The notes below the pieces were generated by a model. The model saw only the letters and a program-made list of their open reading frames with translations. It was not told the origin of the DNA and made no database searches. Made by a program: the position numbers and the translations under genes. Below, piece after piece: positions 1 to 10,038 of a DNA stretch of 64,000 nucleotides. The stretch covers positions 1,280,001-1,344,000 of the forward strand of contig OZ250186.1 in the NCBI GenBank assembly GCA_965238275.1, read 5' to 3'. Positions within the stretch are counted from its first letter, which is position 1. Each line of letters starts with the position of its first letter. This DNA comes from Nitrosopumilus sp. (GTDB lineage Archaea > Thermoproteota > Nitrososphaeria > Nitrososphaerales > Nitrosopumilaceae).

Positions 1-1869
1 TTTGAGAGGGACGGCAGCACCTACGCGATCGTCACGGCGCTCTACGACGACGGCGTCCATGTGATAAACGTCACCGACCCTGCCAACCCGACCGCAGAGG
101 GGCGCAAGACCTACGACCCCAGTTACCTTGACGGCCTATATGGCGTTACCGTCTTCTGGGACGGCGACAGCACCTACGCGATCATCATGCAAGGCTTGCT
201 CGACGGTGTTCGAATAGTGGACATCACCGATCCATCCAAGCTGGTTAACAAGAAGGTCATCTACGACAACGCAATTCTCAGGCTTGACGGCGCGAATGAC
301 GCTGCCACCTTCAAGATAGACGGCATCACCTACGCGATAGTCACGGCCAGGGATGATGACGGGGCCCTGATAATGCCCGTGGCCGCGTCTGCCGCCGCGC
401 GCGCACCGCCGGTCATAGCGCTCAACGGGACGTCTCCCGTCCAGGTACCTGCGGGCTCCGCCTACGTCGACGCGGGTGCCACCTGCACCGACGAGACAGA
501 AGGCGACCTCACCGACCTGATGCAGGTCATCCCAACTGTCGACACAGCTGTTTCTGGCAACTACGCCGTTACGTACATGTGCACCGACTCGATGGGCAAC
601 GAGGCGACCGCCGTCCGGGAGGTTCGTGTAGTGGATGCCCAACAGCCTGCCTTCACCGCCCCCGCCTTGAACGTCCCCGTCGAGGATTCGCCGCCCCCGC
701 CGCCGCCCAACACCGTAGTCTTGGAGCCGCGCGGCTCCCGCGACATAGGCAGGATCACCCTGACCAGCTCGGTGCCCGGGACCATCCACGCTTCCTGGGA
801 GGAACCCAGCGAGGATCCCGCCAACTACAGGATATCATGGGCCAAGGTGGGTGATGACTTCCTGGCCTGGATCGACCAGACCGGCAACGCCTTCCCGACA
901 GAACCACGTCATACCATTACGGGCCTGGAGGGTGGCGAGGAGTACAAGGTGATGGTGCGCGCCTCCTACGACGGCACCGCCGGCGACTGGAGCGGCGAGG
1001 TAACCATCACCGTTGCGGAGCCGCCTGGCAACAGCCAGTCCGTCGAGGATCCGCCGCCCCCGCCGCCGCCCAACACCGTAGTCTTGGAGCCGACCGGGCC
1101 GCTCGGCCCCCGCGACATAGGCAGGATCACCCTGACCAGCTCGGTGCCCGGGACCATCCACGCTTCCTGGGAGGAACCCAGCGAGGATCCCGCCAACTAC
1201 AGGATATCATGGGCCAAGGTGGGTGATGACTTCCTGGCCTGGATCGACCAGACCGGCAACGCCTTCCCGACAGAACCACGTCATACCATTACGGGCCTGG
1301 AGGGTGGCGAGGAGTACAAGGTGATGGTGCGCGCCTCCTACGACGGCACCGCCGGCGACTGGAGCGGCGAGGTAACCATCACCGTTGCGGAGCCGCCTGG
1401 CAACAGCCAGTCCGTCGAGGATCCGCCGCCCCCGCCGCCGTCCAACACCGTAGTCTTGGAGCCGACCGGGCCGCTCGGCCCCCGCGACATAGGCAGGATC
1501 ACCCTGACCAGCTCGGTGCCCGGGACCATCCACGCTTCCTGGGAGGAACCCAGCGAGGATCCCGCCAACTACAGGATATCATGGGCCAAGGTGGGTGATG
1601 ACTTCCTGACCTGGATCGACCAGACCGGCAACGCCTTCCCGACAGAACCACGTCATACCATTACGGGCCTGGAGGGTGGCGAGGAGTACAAGGTGATGGT
1701 GCGCGCCTCCTACGACGGCACCGCCGGCGACTGGAGCGGCGAGGTAACCATCACCGTTGCGGAGCCGCCTGGCAACAGCCAGTCCGTCGAGGATCCGCCG
1801 CCCCCGCCGCCGCCCAACACCGTAGTCTTGGAGCCGACCGGGCCGCTCGGCCCCCGCGACATATACTGA
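1..1869 (+). pseudogene. Large surface protein, 5' part (open at the window edge): LVIVD-like propeller repeats, Ig-like DUF5011/HYR-type domain and fibronectin type III repeats; interrupted by IS630
   Basis: Frame is open from position 1. Motifs GVRIVDITDPS (propeller repeat), PPVIALNG..YVDAGATC.D (DUF5011-like) and ASWEEP..NYRISW..TITGLEGGEEYKVMVRA (FN3). The stop at 1867-1869 lies inside the IS end. Confidence 0.8.
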
Positions 1870-2963
1870 CGCGCAAAAGTCTTTGAACAAATGCCCTAGC
1901 CAACCGCAAAGTTTCTAGATCAGACCCATTTCAGGGAATACATGGACAACACCAAACTGGAAGAACTCGAAAAGGCGTACAAAAAGGAAAAGGACCACAA
2001 GGTCCGAACCAGAATGGTTGTGGTGCGCATGGTGCGCGTGCGCAACATGACCGTGGAGGATACTGCCGACATCCAAGGACGTAGTCCAAACTGGGTCCGT
2101 AACTAGTTGCGCCGCTTCGACGACGGGGGCCTGCAAGGCCTCCGTGATCTTCCACGATGCGGACGGCCCAGAAAGATTTCACGAGACGTCATGGACAGAA
2201 TAATCGTAAGGGCATCCTGCTGTAGAATCACGCCCTCGGAGTTGCAGCAGAAGATACGCAAGGACGCGGGCGTAAAACTTCACATCACGTACGTCAGGAA
2301 AATCATGCACCAGCACAACCTGTCCCAAAGGCACCGCGAAAGGTCCACGTCAATAGGGCCAACAAGAAGGCCGTGCAGAACTGGAAATATCGCTTCAACA
2401 AGCGCGTTTCACGCCTAGAAAAGGATGGTTTCACCGTATTAATGGAGGACGAGGCAATTTTCATACACGACGTGATAGTCGGCCGCAAATACTGGTCCCC
2501 GGTGGGCCGTTCCATAAGCGTGCCGTATACTGGCAGCCACAAGAGGATCGCAGCGTACGGCTCAATTACCCGGGACGGCAGGCAGTTCTTCCGGACGTAT
2601 GAGAAATTCGACGGGCCCACGTTTGTCAAATACCTCAAGGATCTGCACAGGCACTTTGGCAAGGTGGCAGTGACCGCAGACAGGGCACCGCAGCACCGCT
2701 CAAAACTGGTAAAGGAATTTCTGCGAAATAACAAGGACGTCAAGATGATCTATTTGCCAAAGGGCTCGCCGTATCTCAACGCGATGGAAGAGTGCTGGCA
2801 CCAGGGAAAGCGCGTCCTGCTTGTCTCTGAATATTACAGGACATTCCAAGACATGCACCGGGCAGTTTCGCTGTATTATCGAACTGTCAGATTCAAGCTT
2901 GACCTTCTCAAATTTACCAGCCGAAAATATGAGATGCTGTGCAAGGACTTTTGATCGTCAGTA
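1864..2963 (+). mobile_element. IS630-family insertion sequence, 1100 bp
   Basis: TIRs tactgacgcgcaaaagtctttg (left) and tactgacgatcaaaagtccttg (reverse complement of right end), 19/22 identical. TA is duplicated at 1862-1863 and 2964-2965. Removing the element restores the repeat sequence gacaTAggcagg. Confidence 0.93.
1942..2954 (+). pseudogene. IS630 DDE transposase, inactivated
   Basis: ATG at 1942 (MDNTKLEELEKAY...). In-frame TAG at 2104-2106, probably from TGG. Frame change near 2325. HTH region (GLQGLRDLPRCGRPRK) and DDE motifs EDEA, ADRAPQH and YLPKGSPYLNAMEECW are present. Confidence 0.88.
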
Positions 2964-2965
2964 TA

Positions 2966-3529
2966 GGCAGGATCACCCTGACCAGCTCGGTGCCCGGGAC
3001 CATCCACGCTTCCTGGGAGGAACCCAGCGAGGATCCCGCCAACTACAGGATATCATGGGCCAAGGTGGGTGATGACTTCCTGGCCTGGATCGACCAGACC
3101 GGCAACGCCTTCCCGACAGAACCACGTCATACCATTACGGGCCTGGAGGGTGGCGAGGAGTACAAGGTGATGGTGCGCGCCTCCTACGACGGCACCGCCG
3201 GCGACTGGAGCGGCGAGGTAACCATCACCGTTGCGGAGCCGCCTGGCAACAGCCAGTCCGTCGAGGATCCGCCGCCCCCGCCGCCGTCCAACACCGTAGT
3301 CTTGGAGCCGACCGGGCCGCTCGGCCCCCGCGACATAGGCAGGATCACCCTGACCAGCTCGGTGCCCGGGACCATCCACGCTTCCTGGGAGGAACCCAGC
3401 GAGGATCCCGCCAACTACAGGATATCATGGGCCAAGGTGGGTGATGACTTCCTGGCCTGGATCGACCAGACCGGCAACGCCTTCCCGACAGAACCACGTC
3501 ATACCATTACGGGCTTGGAGGGTGGCGAG
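2966..3529 (+). pseudogene. 3' remnant of the FN3-repeat surface protein
   Basis: Continues the interrupted repeat and breaks mid-FN3 (TITGLEGGE) into unrelated sequence. Confidence 0.8.
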
Positions 3530-3961
3530 ATGCTGTCCGATGCGGGCCGATCAGGGTGGAAAGCCGGCATGCGGGACTTCTCTGGATTGGGGGCTGTCAA
3601 TCTGGGATTTTGCATGACGAATCTGGAAAGCTGCCCACCAGCGTCCCGATCCTAGCTGATGAGTCCCCTTGCCTTGAGTTTAGCCATTGTTCCGGCTACC
3701 TCATGCAACACAGATTACCTGGAGCGTAGAATTTTTCTAGCGATCAGTTTCTTCTTGGGATTGACCTTGACCTTACACACTATCGTATAGTTGGTGCTTG
3801 GCACATCGTTTCGCAAAATCATTTCATGAACAGAAATGCCAGCTTTTTCCAAATACGTATACCGACAATGAAAAATTCATATCAAAATTTTCCATAAATG
3901 CCTGATACGGCAACTGCATCTGGAAATCATGACACATGATAACCCCTTCCGGCTCGACGTG

Positions 3962-4359
3962 GGCCCTCTCCAGGGCCTCCTCCCTTGATATGCGAAGCTT
4001 GTCCTTGAGATGGACGTCTGAGATTCCAAGATATGCAGCGCACCACTTTGCATCGCACCCCAGCGAGGCGTCGATATCGCCCCTCCGTGGGATACGATGT
4101 CTGCCTTGAGTCCCTGTTTTATGATGGTCCTTGTAGCCTCCCTGTGATCCTCTGAGACGACAGGCGATATCTCAATCTGGTTCACCCCGAAATAATCCAG
4201 CATCCGGGCAATCTGGATCCTGTGCTTGTTTGTAAAGGAGACCCCCGGATGCTGCTCTCCCTCCCTGAGGGTGCTGTCAAGTATCCTGATCTTCTTCTGG
4301 TTCTTGTCGTATGCGTTGTACATGTCTGCATAGTGGTTCGGTTCCACCATCATCATCAC
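3962..4359 (-). pseudogene. Homocitrate synthase / LeuA-family synthase, N-terminal fragment
   Basis: KIRILDSTLREGEQHPGVSF motif. Frameshift near 4080; the alternative frame continues DIDASLGCDAKWCAAYLGISDVHLKDKLRISREEALERA and similarity then ends. Confidence 0.85.
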
Positions 4360-4361
4360 CG

Positions 4362-4472
4362 AAATCGTTGGGGTTTACTGTCGATATAAACATATTCGTA
4401 CCAAAATCGTTGAAAACAGCCTGAATTGATCCTGAATCCGTCTTAAACCGTTGTCATGTTGCGAAAATCGTC
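4362..4472 (-). promoter_or_regulatory. TATA box and four AAAYCGTY repeats upstream of the synthase gene (candidate Lrp operator array)
   Basis: aaatcgttg at 4362 and 4404, aaaccgttg at 4445, aaatcgtc at 4465. TTTATATC on the minus strand at 4383-4390. Confidence 0.45.
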
Positions 4473-4473
4473 C

Positions 4474-4893
4474 TCATGCAATCTTCCGCAGGATGATCAC
4501 CGTGTTTGTATCCATGACGCCGCTTATCTTTCGCAGCGCGTCAATGGTGGCATTTATCCCTGCAATGCTTGAGGAGCTGATTATTGTGGCAATGTCGTAC
4601 TGCCCGGTAATCTCGTAGACTGTCCTGACCCCCTCCAGCCCTGCAAGGTTCACAGATACCTTGGACGTGTCTGTTGCAGATTCCACTGAGACCAGAACTA
4701 TTGCGCTTGTGGCCTCCTCGTGGCCCATCTCCAGCGTGAACCTTTTGATGATCCCGCCGTCGACCATCCTCTTTACGCGTCTTCTGACTGCGGACTCGGA
4801 AAGCCCTATGCTCCTGCCGATCTCCCCCGATGACGTCCTGGAGTCGACTTTGAGGCGCTCTATGATCCTGTCGTCTGTGCTATCCCTGTACAC
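4474..4893 (-). CDS. Lrp/AsnC-family regulator (LysM-like)
   Basis: HTH GLSESAVRRRVKRM and RAM domain YEITGQYD. GTG start overlaps the end of lysJ. Confidence 0.9.
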   Translation of the reverse strand: MYRDSTDDRIIERLKVDSRTSSGEIGRSIGLSESAVRRRVKRMVDGGIIKRFTLEMGHEEATSAIVLVSVESATDTSKVSVNLAGLEGVRTVYEITGQYDIATIISSSSIAGINATIDALRKISGVMDTNTVIILRKIA

Positions 4894-6067
4894 TGCGCCT
4901 CTTCTCCTCCTCCTCCTGGCCAAGTACGACATCAAGTGCGTTCAGGGTATGCGCCACGTCCCGTTCTGATATCACCAACGGGGGAAGCATCCTCAGCACG
5001 TTTCTTCCCGAGTACAGCATCAGTACGCCCTCTCTTATCAGACCCATCAGGATCTCCCTGACATCGAACCTCAACTCGACTCCTATCATGAGACCCTTTC
5101 CGCGAATCTCCCTAATAATGGGATGCCTCCTTTTGAGCTCCTCCAGTCCGTCCCTGAACATGGCGCCCATCCTCTCGGAGTTTTTTACAAGTCCGTCCTG
5201 CGTTATTGCCTCGAGGGCGGCGGTTCCTGCCGCACACGACAGGGGGTTTCCGCCAAATGTGGAAGAGTGCTCGCCTCTGCTCATGGATGCAAGAATGTCC
5301 GGCCTTGTCAGCGTCGCCCCCATGGGAACCCCCCCTGCAATACCCTTTGCCAGGCACAGTATGTCCGGGGCAGTGTCCCAGTGCTGGCATGCCCACAGCC
5401 GTCCCGTCCTTCCAAGGCCGGCCTGTATCTCGTCAAATATCAGCAGGATTCCCTTCTCGTCGCAGAGCCTCCTTGCATCCTGCAGGAATCCGTCCGGGGC
5501 CACATTGATTCCGCTCTCGCCCTGAATCGGCTCCATGATGATGCATGCCGTGTCCTCGTCAACTACCGAGCGCAGGGACTCGGCATCGCCAAACGGCGTA
5601 AACGAGACCCTTTCGACAAGCGGCGCAAACGCCTTTCTGTACTTTGGATGGAATGTAAGCGAGAGGGCGCCAAACGACTTGCCGTGGTATGATCCCTTCA
5701 TTGCGACCATTCCCTTCTTTTTGGTAAACTTTCTTGCAAACTTCATGGCCGCCTCGACTGATTCGGCCCCGCTGTTGTTCAGGTGCACCTGCGTCAGGCC
5801 GTCGGGGGCAAGGCCCGTGAGCGTTTCCAGAAATTTTTCCCTTGTCTTGTTGTACAGGGAGCTGTGCACCGTGATTATCCTGTCCAACTGCTCCCTTATT
5901 GCGCCGTTGACCCTTGGATTCTGGTGTCCGACCAGCGCCACTCCGTACCCGCCCATGCAGTCAACGTACTCCTTTCCGTCAGTATCCCACACCCGGGCTC
6001 CGATCCCCCTCTCTACTGTTACTGGAAACCTCTGGTACAGGTTTCCCATGAATGTGTCTTCACCCAC
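4880..6067 (-). CDS. lysJ: [LysW]-aminoadipate semialdehyde/glutamate semialdehyde transaminase
   Basis: Class III aminotransferase motifs FDEIQAGLGRTG and LAKGIAGG; operon context. Confidence 0.92.
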   Translation of the reverse strand: MGEDTFMGNLYQRFPVTVERGIGARVWDTDGKEYVDCMGGYGVALVGHQNPRVNGAIREQLDRIITVHSSLYNKTREKFLETLTGLAPDGLTQVHLNNSGAESVEAAMKFARKFTKKKGMVAMKGSYHGKSFGALSLTFHPKYRKAFAPLVERVSFTPFGDAESLRSVVDEDTACIIMEPIQGESGINVAPDGFLQDARRLCDEKGILLIFDEIQAGLGRTGRLWACQHWDTAPDILCLAKGIAGGVPMGATLTRPDILASMSRGEHSSTFGGNPLSCAAGTAALEAITQDGLVKNSERMGAMFRDGLEELKRRHPIIREIRGKGLMIGVELRFDVREILMGLIREGVLMLYSGRNVLRMLPPLVISERDVAHTLNALDVVLGQEEEEKRRSVQG

Positions 6068-6863
6068 GCTCGATCACCGTACAGCCGCTCCGTGAAATGG
6101 CAGATGATATGGGGTTCTCCCTCTGGCCGTTTGCAATCAGTGCGGTGCCGACTCCCATGTCTAGCGCCTCAGTCGATGCCAAAATCTTCTTCTCCATACC
6201 AGGTCCTATCTTGGGTCTTATCTTTTTTGCCTCTTCCAGCGTCAGCTTTGGCACCAATGTGTCATCCATTAGCAGTCCGTCCACGTTTGTAATGAACAGT
6301 ACCATCCTGCTGCCTACGCTGCCTGCGACAAATGCTGCAGCCCTGTCCCCGTCGACGTTGAGAAACTCCGACTCCTCGCTGATCGCTATGGGTGATATGA
6401 CCGGCGTCATGCCCATCTCCAAAAGGCTTCTGATGAACTTGGAGTTTACCTTGCTTATCTTTCCCGTGTATCCGCCGTCGATTGCCTGCTTTCTGCCCTT
6501 CTCGTTGACTATTATCAGCCTCTTCTTTCTGTCTGCCTGTATGACCCTGGCATCAACGCCTGATATGCCTACTGCATTGATGCCGTTCTCTTGAAGCATT
6601 CTGACTATGGCCTTGTTTATCCTGCCTGACATTACCATGGTAAATATCTCTGCAGTCCTGGCATCCGTATACCTGCTCCTGATTCCGCTTGGCGATGTAA
6701 CGAATCTTGGCTCCACCCCAAGCTGGCTGCAGACCTTTGTTACCTCCTTTCCGCCGCCGTGAACTAGAATCACGCCCTCTGACTCTGCAACCCTCTTTAT
6801 GTCCGAGATTGCCGACGGATGCAGATCGTCTACGACGCTTCCGCCGATCTTGATTGTAATCAT
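6060..6863 (-). CDS. lysZ: [LysW]-aminoadipate/glutamate kinase
   Basis: IKIGGS, VHGGG and NVDGD motifs. Confidence 0.93.
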   Translation of the reverse strand: MITIKIGGSVVDDLHPSAISDIKRVAESEGVILVHGGGKEVTKVCSQLGVEPRFVTSPSGIRSRYTDARTAEIFTMVMSGRINKAIVRMLQENGINAVGISGVDARVIQADRKKRLIIVNEKGRKQAIDGGYTGKISKVNSKFIRSLLEMGMTPVISPIAISEESEFLNVDGDRAAAFVAGSVGSRMVLFITNVDGLLMDDTLVPKLTLEEAKKIRPKIGPGMEKKILASTEALDMGVGTALIANGQRENPISSAISRSGCTVIERG

Positions 6864-6882
6864 GCCGCCGCCGCCGCCGTCC

Positions 6883-7929
6883 CTAAACCGGGGTCAGCGG
6901 GGTGTATCTGAGCCCATCCATCTCGTCAAAGCCGCACATTACGTTCATGTTCTGGATGGCCGAGCCTGCGGCACCCTTCATCAGATTGTCCGATGCAGAA
7001 AGTGCTATCAGCCTGTTGTTGTCCTCGTCTATGTCAAACCCGACATCGCAAAAGTTCGAGCCCACCACAAACTTGGGATCCGGAAACTTGTACGCCCCCT
7101 TCTTGTCCCGTATCAGCCTGACAAACCTTTCCTCGCCATAGGCCTTGCGGTATATCCTCCACAACTCCTTTTCGCTAATCTCCCTGTTCAGGAATGTGTG
7201 GTTTGTACACAGGATTCCGCGTACCACGTCGACTGCGTGCGGACTCATCGATACGTTGATCTTTCTTCCTGCAATCTCGCTTAGTTCCTGTTCAATCTCG
7301 CCTGTATGCCTGTGCCTTGCCGGTTTGTACGGCCTGATTACGCCTGCCCTCATTGCGTGATCCGTTCCTATGCCGGAGCCGGCACCCGACGATCCGATCT
7401 TAGAGTCCACGATGATGTGATCCGTATTTATTACATCTTCCCTGATAAGCGGGGCTAGCGCAAGTATGGATGTGACTGCCATGCATCCAGGACATGAGAC
7501 CAGCTGTGCGTTTCGAATCTCCTCCCTGTGAAGCTCTGGTATGCCAAAGACTGACTTGGGGAGGTAGTCCGGATGCGGATGGGTCCAGCCATACCACTTG
7601 TCATAACCGTCCTTGTCATGCAGCCTGTAGTCTGCGCTCAAATCAATTATCTTCAGTCCCCTGTCGTACAGGGATGTTACCATCTCGCTTGCCGTTCCGT
7701 GAGGGACTGCAGTGAATACGAGATCACACTTGTCGGCAAGCCTTTCATAGTCCTGTTCTGAAAAGACGAGATCCGTGAATCCCTTCAGGCTTGGCTGAAC
7801 CCTGTGGAGGTACTCCCCCACATGCTTTCTTGATGTAATCTGGGTGATCTCTATCTTTGGATGGTTTATGAGAAGACGGACCGTCTCGCCTCCGACATAG
7901 CCTGATGCGCCTACGATTCCCACCCTCAT
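6883..7929 (-). CDS. lysY: [LysW]-aminoadipate/glutamate phosphate reductase (ArgC family)
   Basis: GASGYVG, SCPGC and DNLMKGAAG motifs. Confidence 0.93.
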   Translation of the reverse strand: MRVGIVGASGYVGGETVRLLINHPKIEITQITSRKHVGEYLHRVQPSLKGFTDLVFSEQDYERLADKCDLVFTAVPHGTASEMVTSLYDRGLKIIDLSADYRLHDKDGYDKWYGWTHPHPDYLPKSVFGIPELHREEIRNAQLVSCPGCMAVTSILALAPLIREDVINTDHIIVDSKIGSSGAGSGIGTDHAMRAGVIRPYKPARHRHTGEIEQELSEIAGRKINVSMSPHAVDVVRGILCTNHTFLNREISEKELWRIYRKAYGEERFVRLIRDKKGAYKFPDPKFVVGSNFCDVGFDIDEDNNRLIALSASDNLMKGAAGSAIQNMNVMCGFDEMDGLRYTPLTPV

Positions 7930-8440
7930 GATTATCTAACAGATTGTGGAGCATATTTAGAGTTTGTCAAAACCGATCAGTTGGATGCCGTGTATTGTAA
8001 TCGTACATGTCTGCTGCGAGCCTTCGGTTCCCTCATGTCAAAGCCCCTGCCGGTTCTGGCAATCTGAGCACCCGGCTGCTGCCAGAAGCCATAACACCAG
8101 CGGCCTGCAGTCTCTCTTTCATTCAAAACCGGAATATTTTTGGACGCATCGGCACGTTTGCGCTCCTAGACGGAATGGACAGGGACGCACATTTTATGCG
8201 GCATGTAATGCTGCCTGTGCCTTTCCCGGTTAATCATCGACTGCCGGCATCGGTCTGCAAATTGATGAAGACGTGATGCGTCAATATTGGCGCCTTTTAT
8301 TGCGGTTCCGGGAGAATCCGAAAGCATCCGATAATTAACGGCGTCCCAGTTTTTTTCGAATACCTTGTGGTCCTTCCTCAAGACATTATGGATAAAATGA
8401 CGGTAAATCCTGACATGAACAGCGGCGGTAGTAATAATCC

Positions 8441-8686
8441 CTACAAATGTTTCTTGGAATATGTTTTGGAACGTATTTTGGAATATATTTTGAAACCTAT
8501 GGATAGTAATATTACGATGCCCGTCACAAATAAAATCAACGTAATTGGGTTTTCCATGACGTGAGAGGGCCCAAACGATGTTAAATCCAAACGGATTTGT
8601 TGTGCCAGCAGTATCGAGCCGGCTCCAAGTATTGCCATTCCACAAAAACCCAACAATAACCTGGGATAAGCAAACCTGGACGGCAT
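8441..8686 (-). CDS. Small hypothetical membrane protein, possibly a pseudogene fragment
   Basis: Two hydrophobic segments. The same frame stays hydrophobic past the stop. AT-rich, with a 12-bp tandem repeat at ~8452-8496. Confidence 0.3.
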   Translation of the reverse strand: MPSRFAYPRLLLGFCGMAILGAGSILLAQQIRLDLTSFGPSHVMENPITLILFVTGIVILLSIGFKIYSKIRSKTYSKKHL

Positions 8687-8728
8687 GGATTGTAATATCC
8701 GGCATATCCAATAAATCTTTTCTCGTAC

Positions 8729-8810
8729 GTAGTTTGTTGCATAATCGTGCCTAGATCGTGTTTTATTGGTGAGAATTTACGCACGAGATTGGAGTTATGC
8801 AACAAACTAC
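8729..8810. repeat. Perfect 16-bp inverted repeat with an inner stem
   Basis: gtagtttgttgcataa (8729-8744) pairs with ttatgcaacaaactac (8795-8810). Inner tcgtgc (8745) pairs with gcacga (8781). Confidence 0.85.
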
Positions 8811-9194
8811 TCGTACGCGTCATTTAATTAATTTAATCCGTATCAAATCCATTGATGCTTATTTCATGATTTTTTAGGCAATAAATCAGGGACTGGATTT
8901 TAGCTTCAAGGCACCGTCCAGTTACCGTTTTTATCCACTGCTGTACTGTGCCATACTGTGCCATGCTATAGATCCAATGCAGAATGTGCCTTTGCTGACG
9001 ATCAAAAGACTCCATGTGTTGCCGTTATGGCGGTGATCATGGCATTTACCCTGTTGGACCTGAGAGTCGGCACGAACTTGCCACTTGTGATGGCGTTCAA
9101 AAGGGTGACTCAAGGTATGCGGATGGTCAAATGCCGCTTTGACGGTGAATGGGAGTTTTCCGCTGGTCGGGCCCGACATGCTGCAAAGGAGGTG

Positions 9195-9800
9195 ATGACA
9201 CGTATTACATTGGAATGGACGTTCACAAAAAAATGCGTTTCAACCATCAAGGGCAAAACCAACAAGATGCTAAGGCAGGCCGAATCTGGCAACAATGTCC
9301 GGGGAATAACCGGATTCGTCAAGATGATCCGCAAGGAAGGATGCGTGCCGGCCACGGCCGTCTGCGAATCCACCGCCAACTACTGGATAGCCGTGCACGA
9401 TATTCTCGAGGATGCAGGTATCAACGCCCTGCTGGCCCACCCGCACAACACGAGGATCATAACCGAAACCGTCTACAAAGACGACAAGGCGGACTCGGCA
9501 AGGCTGGCAGACCTGTGCAGGCTGGGCATGATCCCCGAATCGTTCGTGGCCGACAAGCCCGCGCGGGACATGCGCGAACTGACCCGCACCCGCCTGGGCA
9601 TGAAGATGCACGCCGCCGGCCCCGAGAACCGCATCCACGCGATCCTGGCCAAATACCCGGCACGGGCAGCCCAAGGGAGGACTGTTTACGGGACCGGGAC
9701 TCGAGTGGTTGCAGGCAGTGCCCCTGAGGGAGGTTGGCCGCATGGCGCCGGATCAGGCGCATTGCCAACACACAACATCAACGGGTTTGGATGCCCGTAA
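9195..9800 (+). pseudogene. IS110-family recombinase fragment (DEDD domain only)
   Basis: YYIGMDVHKK (shifted frame), VCESTANYW, KDDKADSARLA and RELTRTR motifs. SD aaggaggtg precedes ATG 9195. No C-terminal Tnp domain. Confidence 0.85.
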
Positions 9801-10038
9801 CACATGGGGATTCGTGCACAGCGCCTCATATTTTCGGCTGGTAAATTTGAGAAGGTCAAGCTTGAACCGGGCGGTTCGATAATACAACGAAACGGCCCGG
9901 TGCATGTCTTGGAATGTCTTATAGTATTCTGAAACCAGCAGGATGCGCTTTCCCTTATGCTTTTGGCTATGGGTCTCGAGGATTACACAGAGCCCCCGAT
10001 CGCGTAACTTAAGTAATGCTTAGAATTTATCCAAAAAT

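Larger units (their letters stand above)
679..3529 (+). repeat. Tandem array of near-identical ~372-bp FN3 plus poly-Pro linker units (4 complete, 1 partial)
   Basis: Units start at about 679, 1042, 1414, 1786 (split by the IS) and 3260 (truncated at ~3529). They differ by isolated substitutions and a 9-bp shorter first linker. Confidence 0.95.

Noticed and set aside
679-3529. Repeats as a CRISPR array or DGR template/variable repeats
   Set aside because: The units are 372-bp coding repeats without spacers or adenine-specific variation, and no reverse transcriptase or cas gene is in the window.
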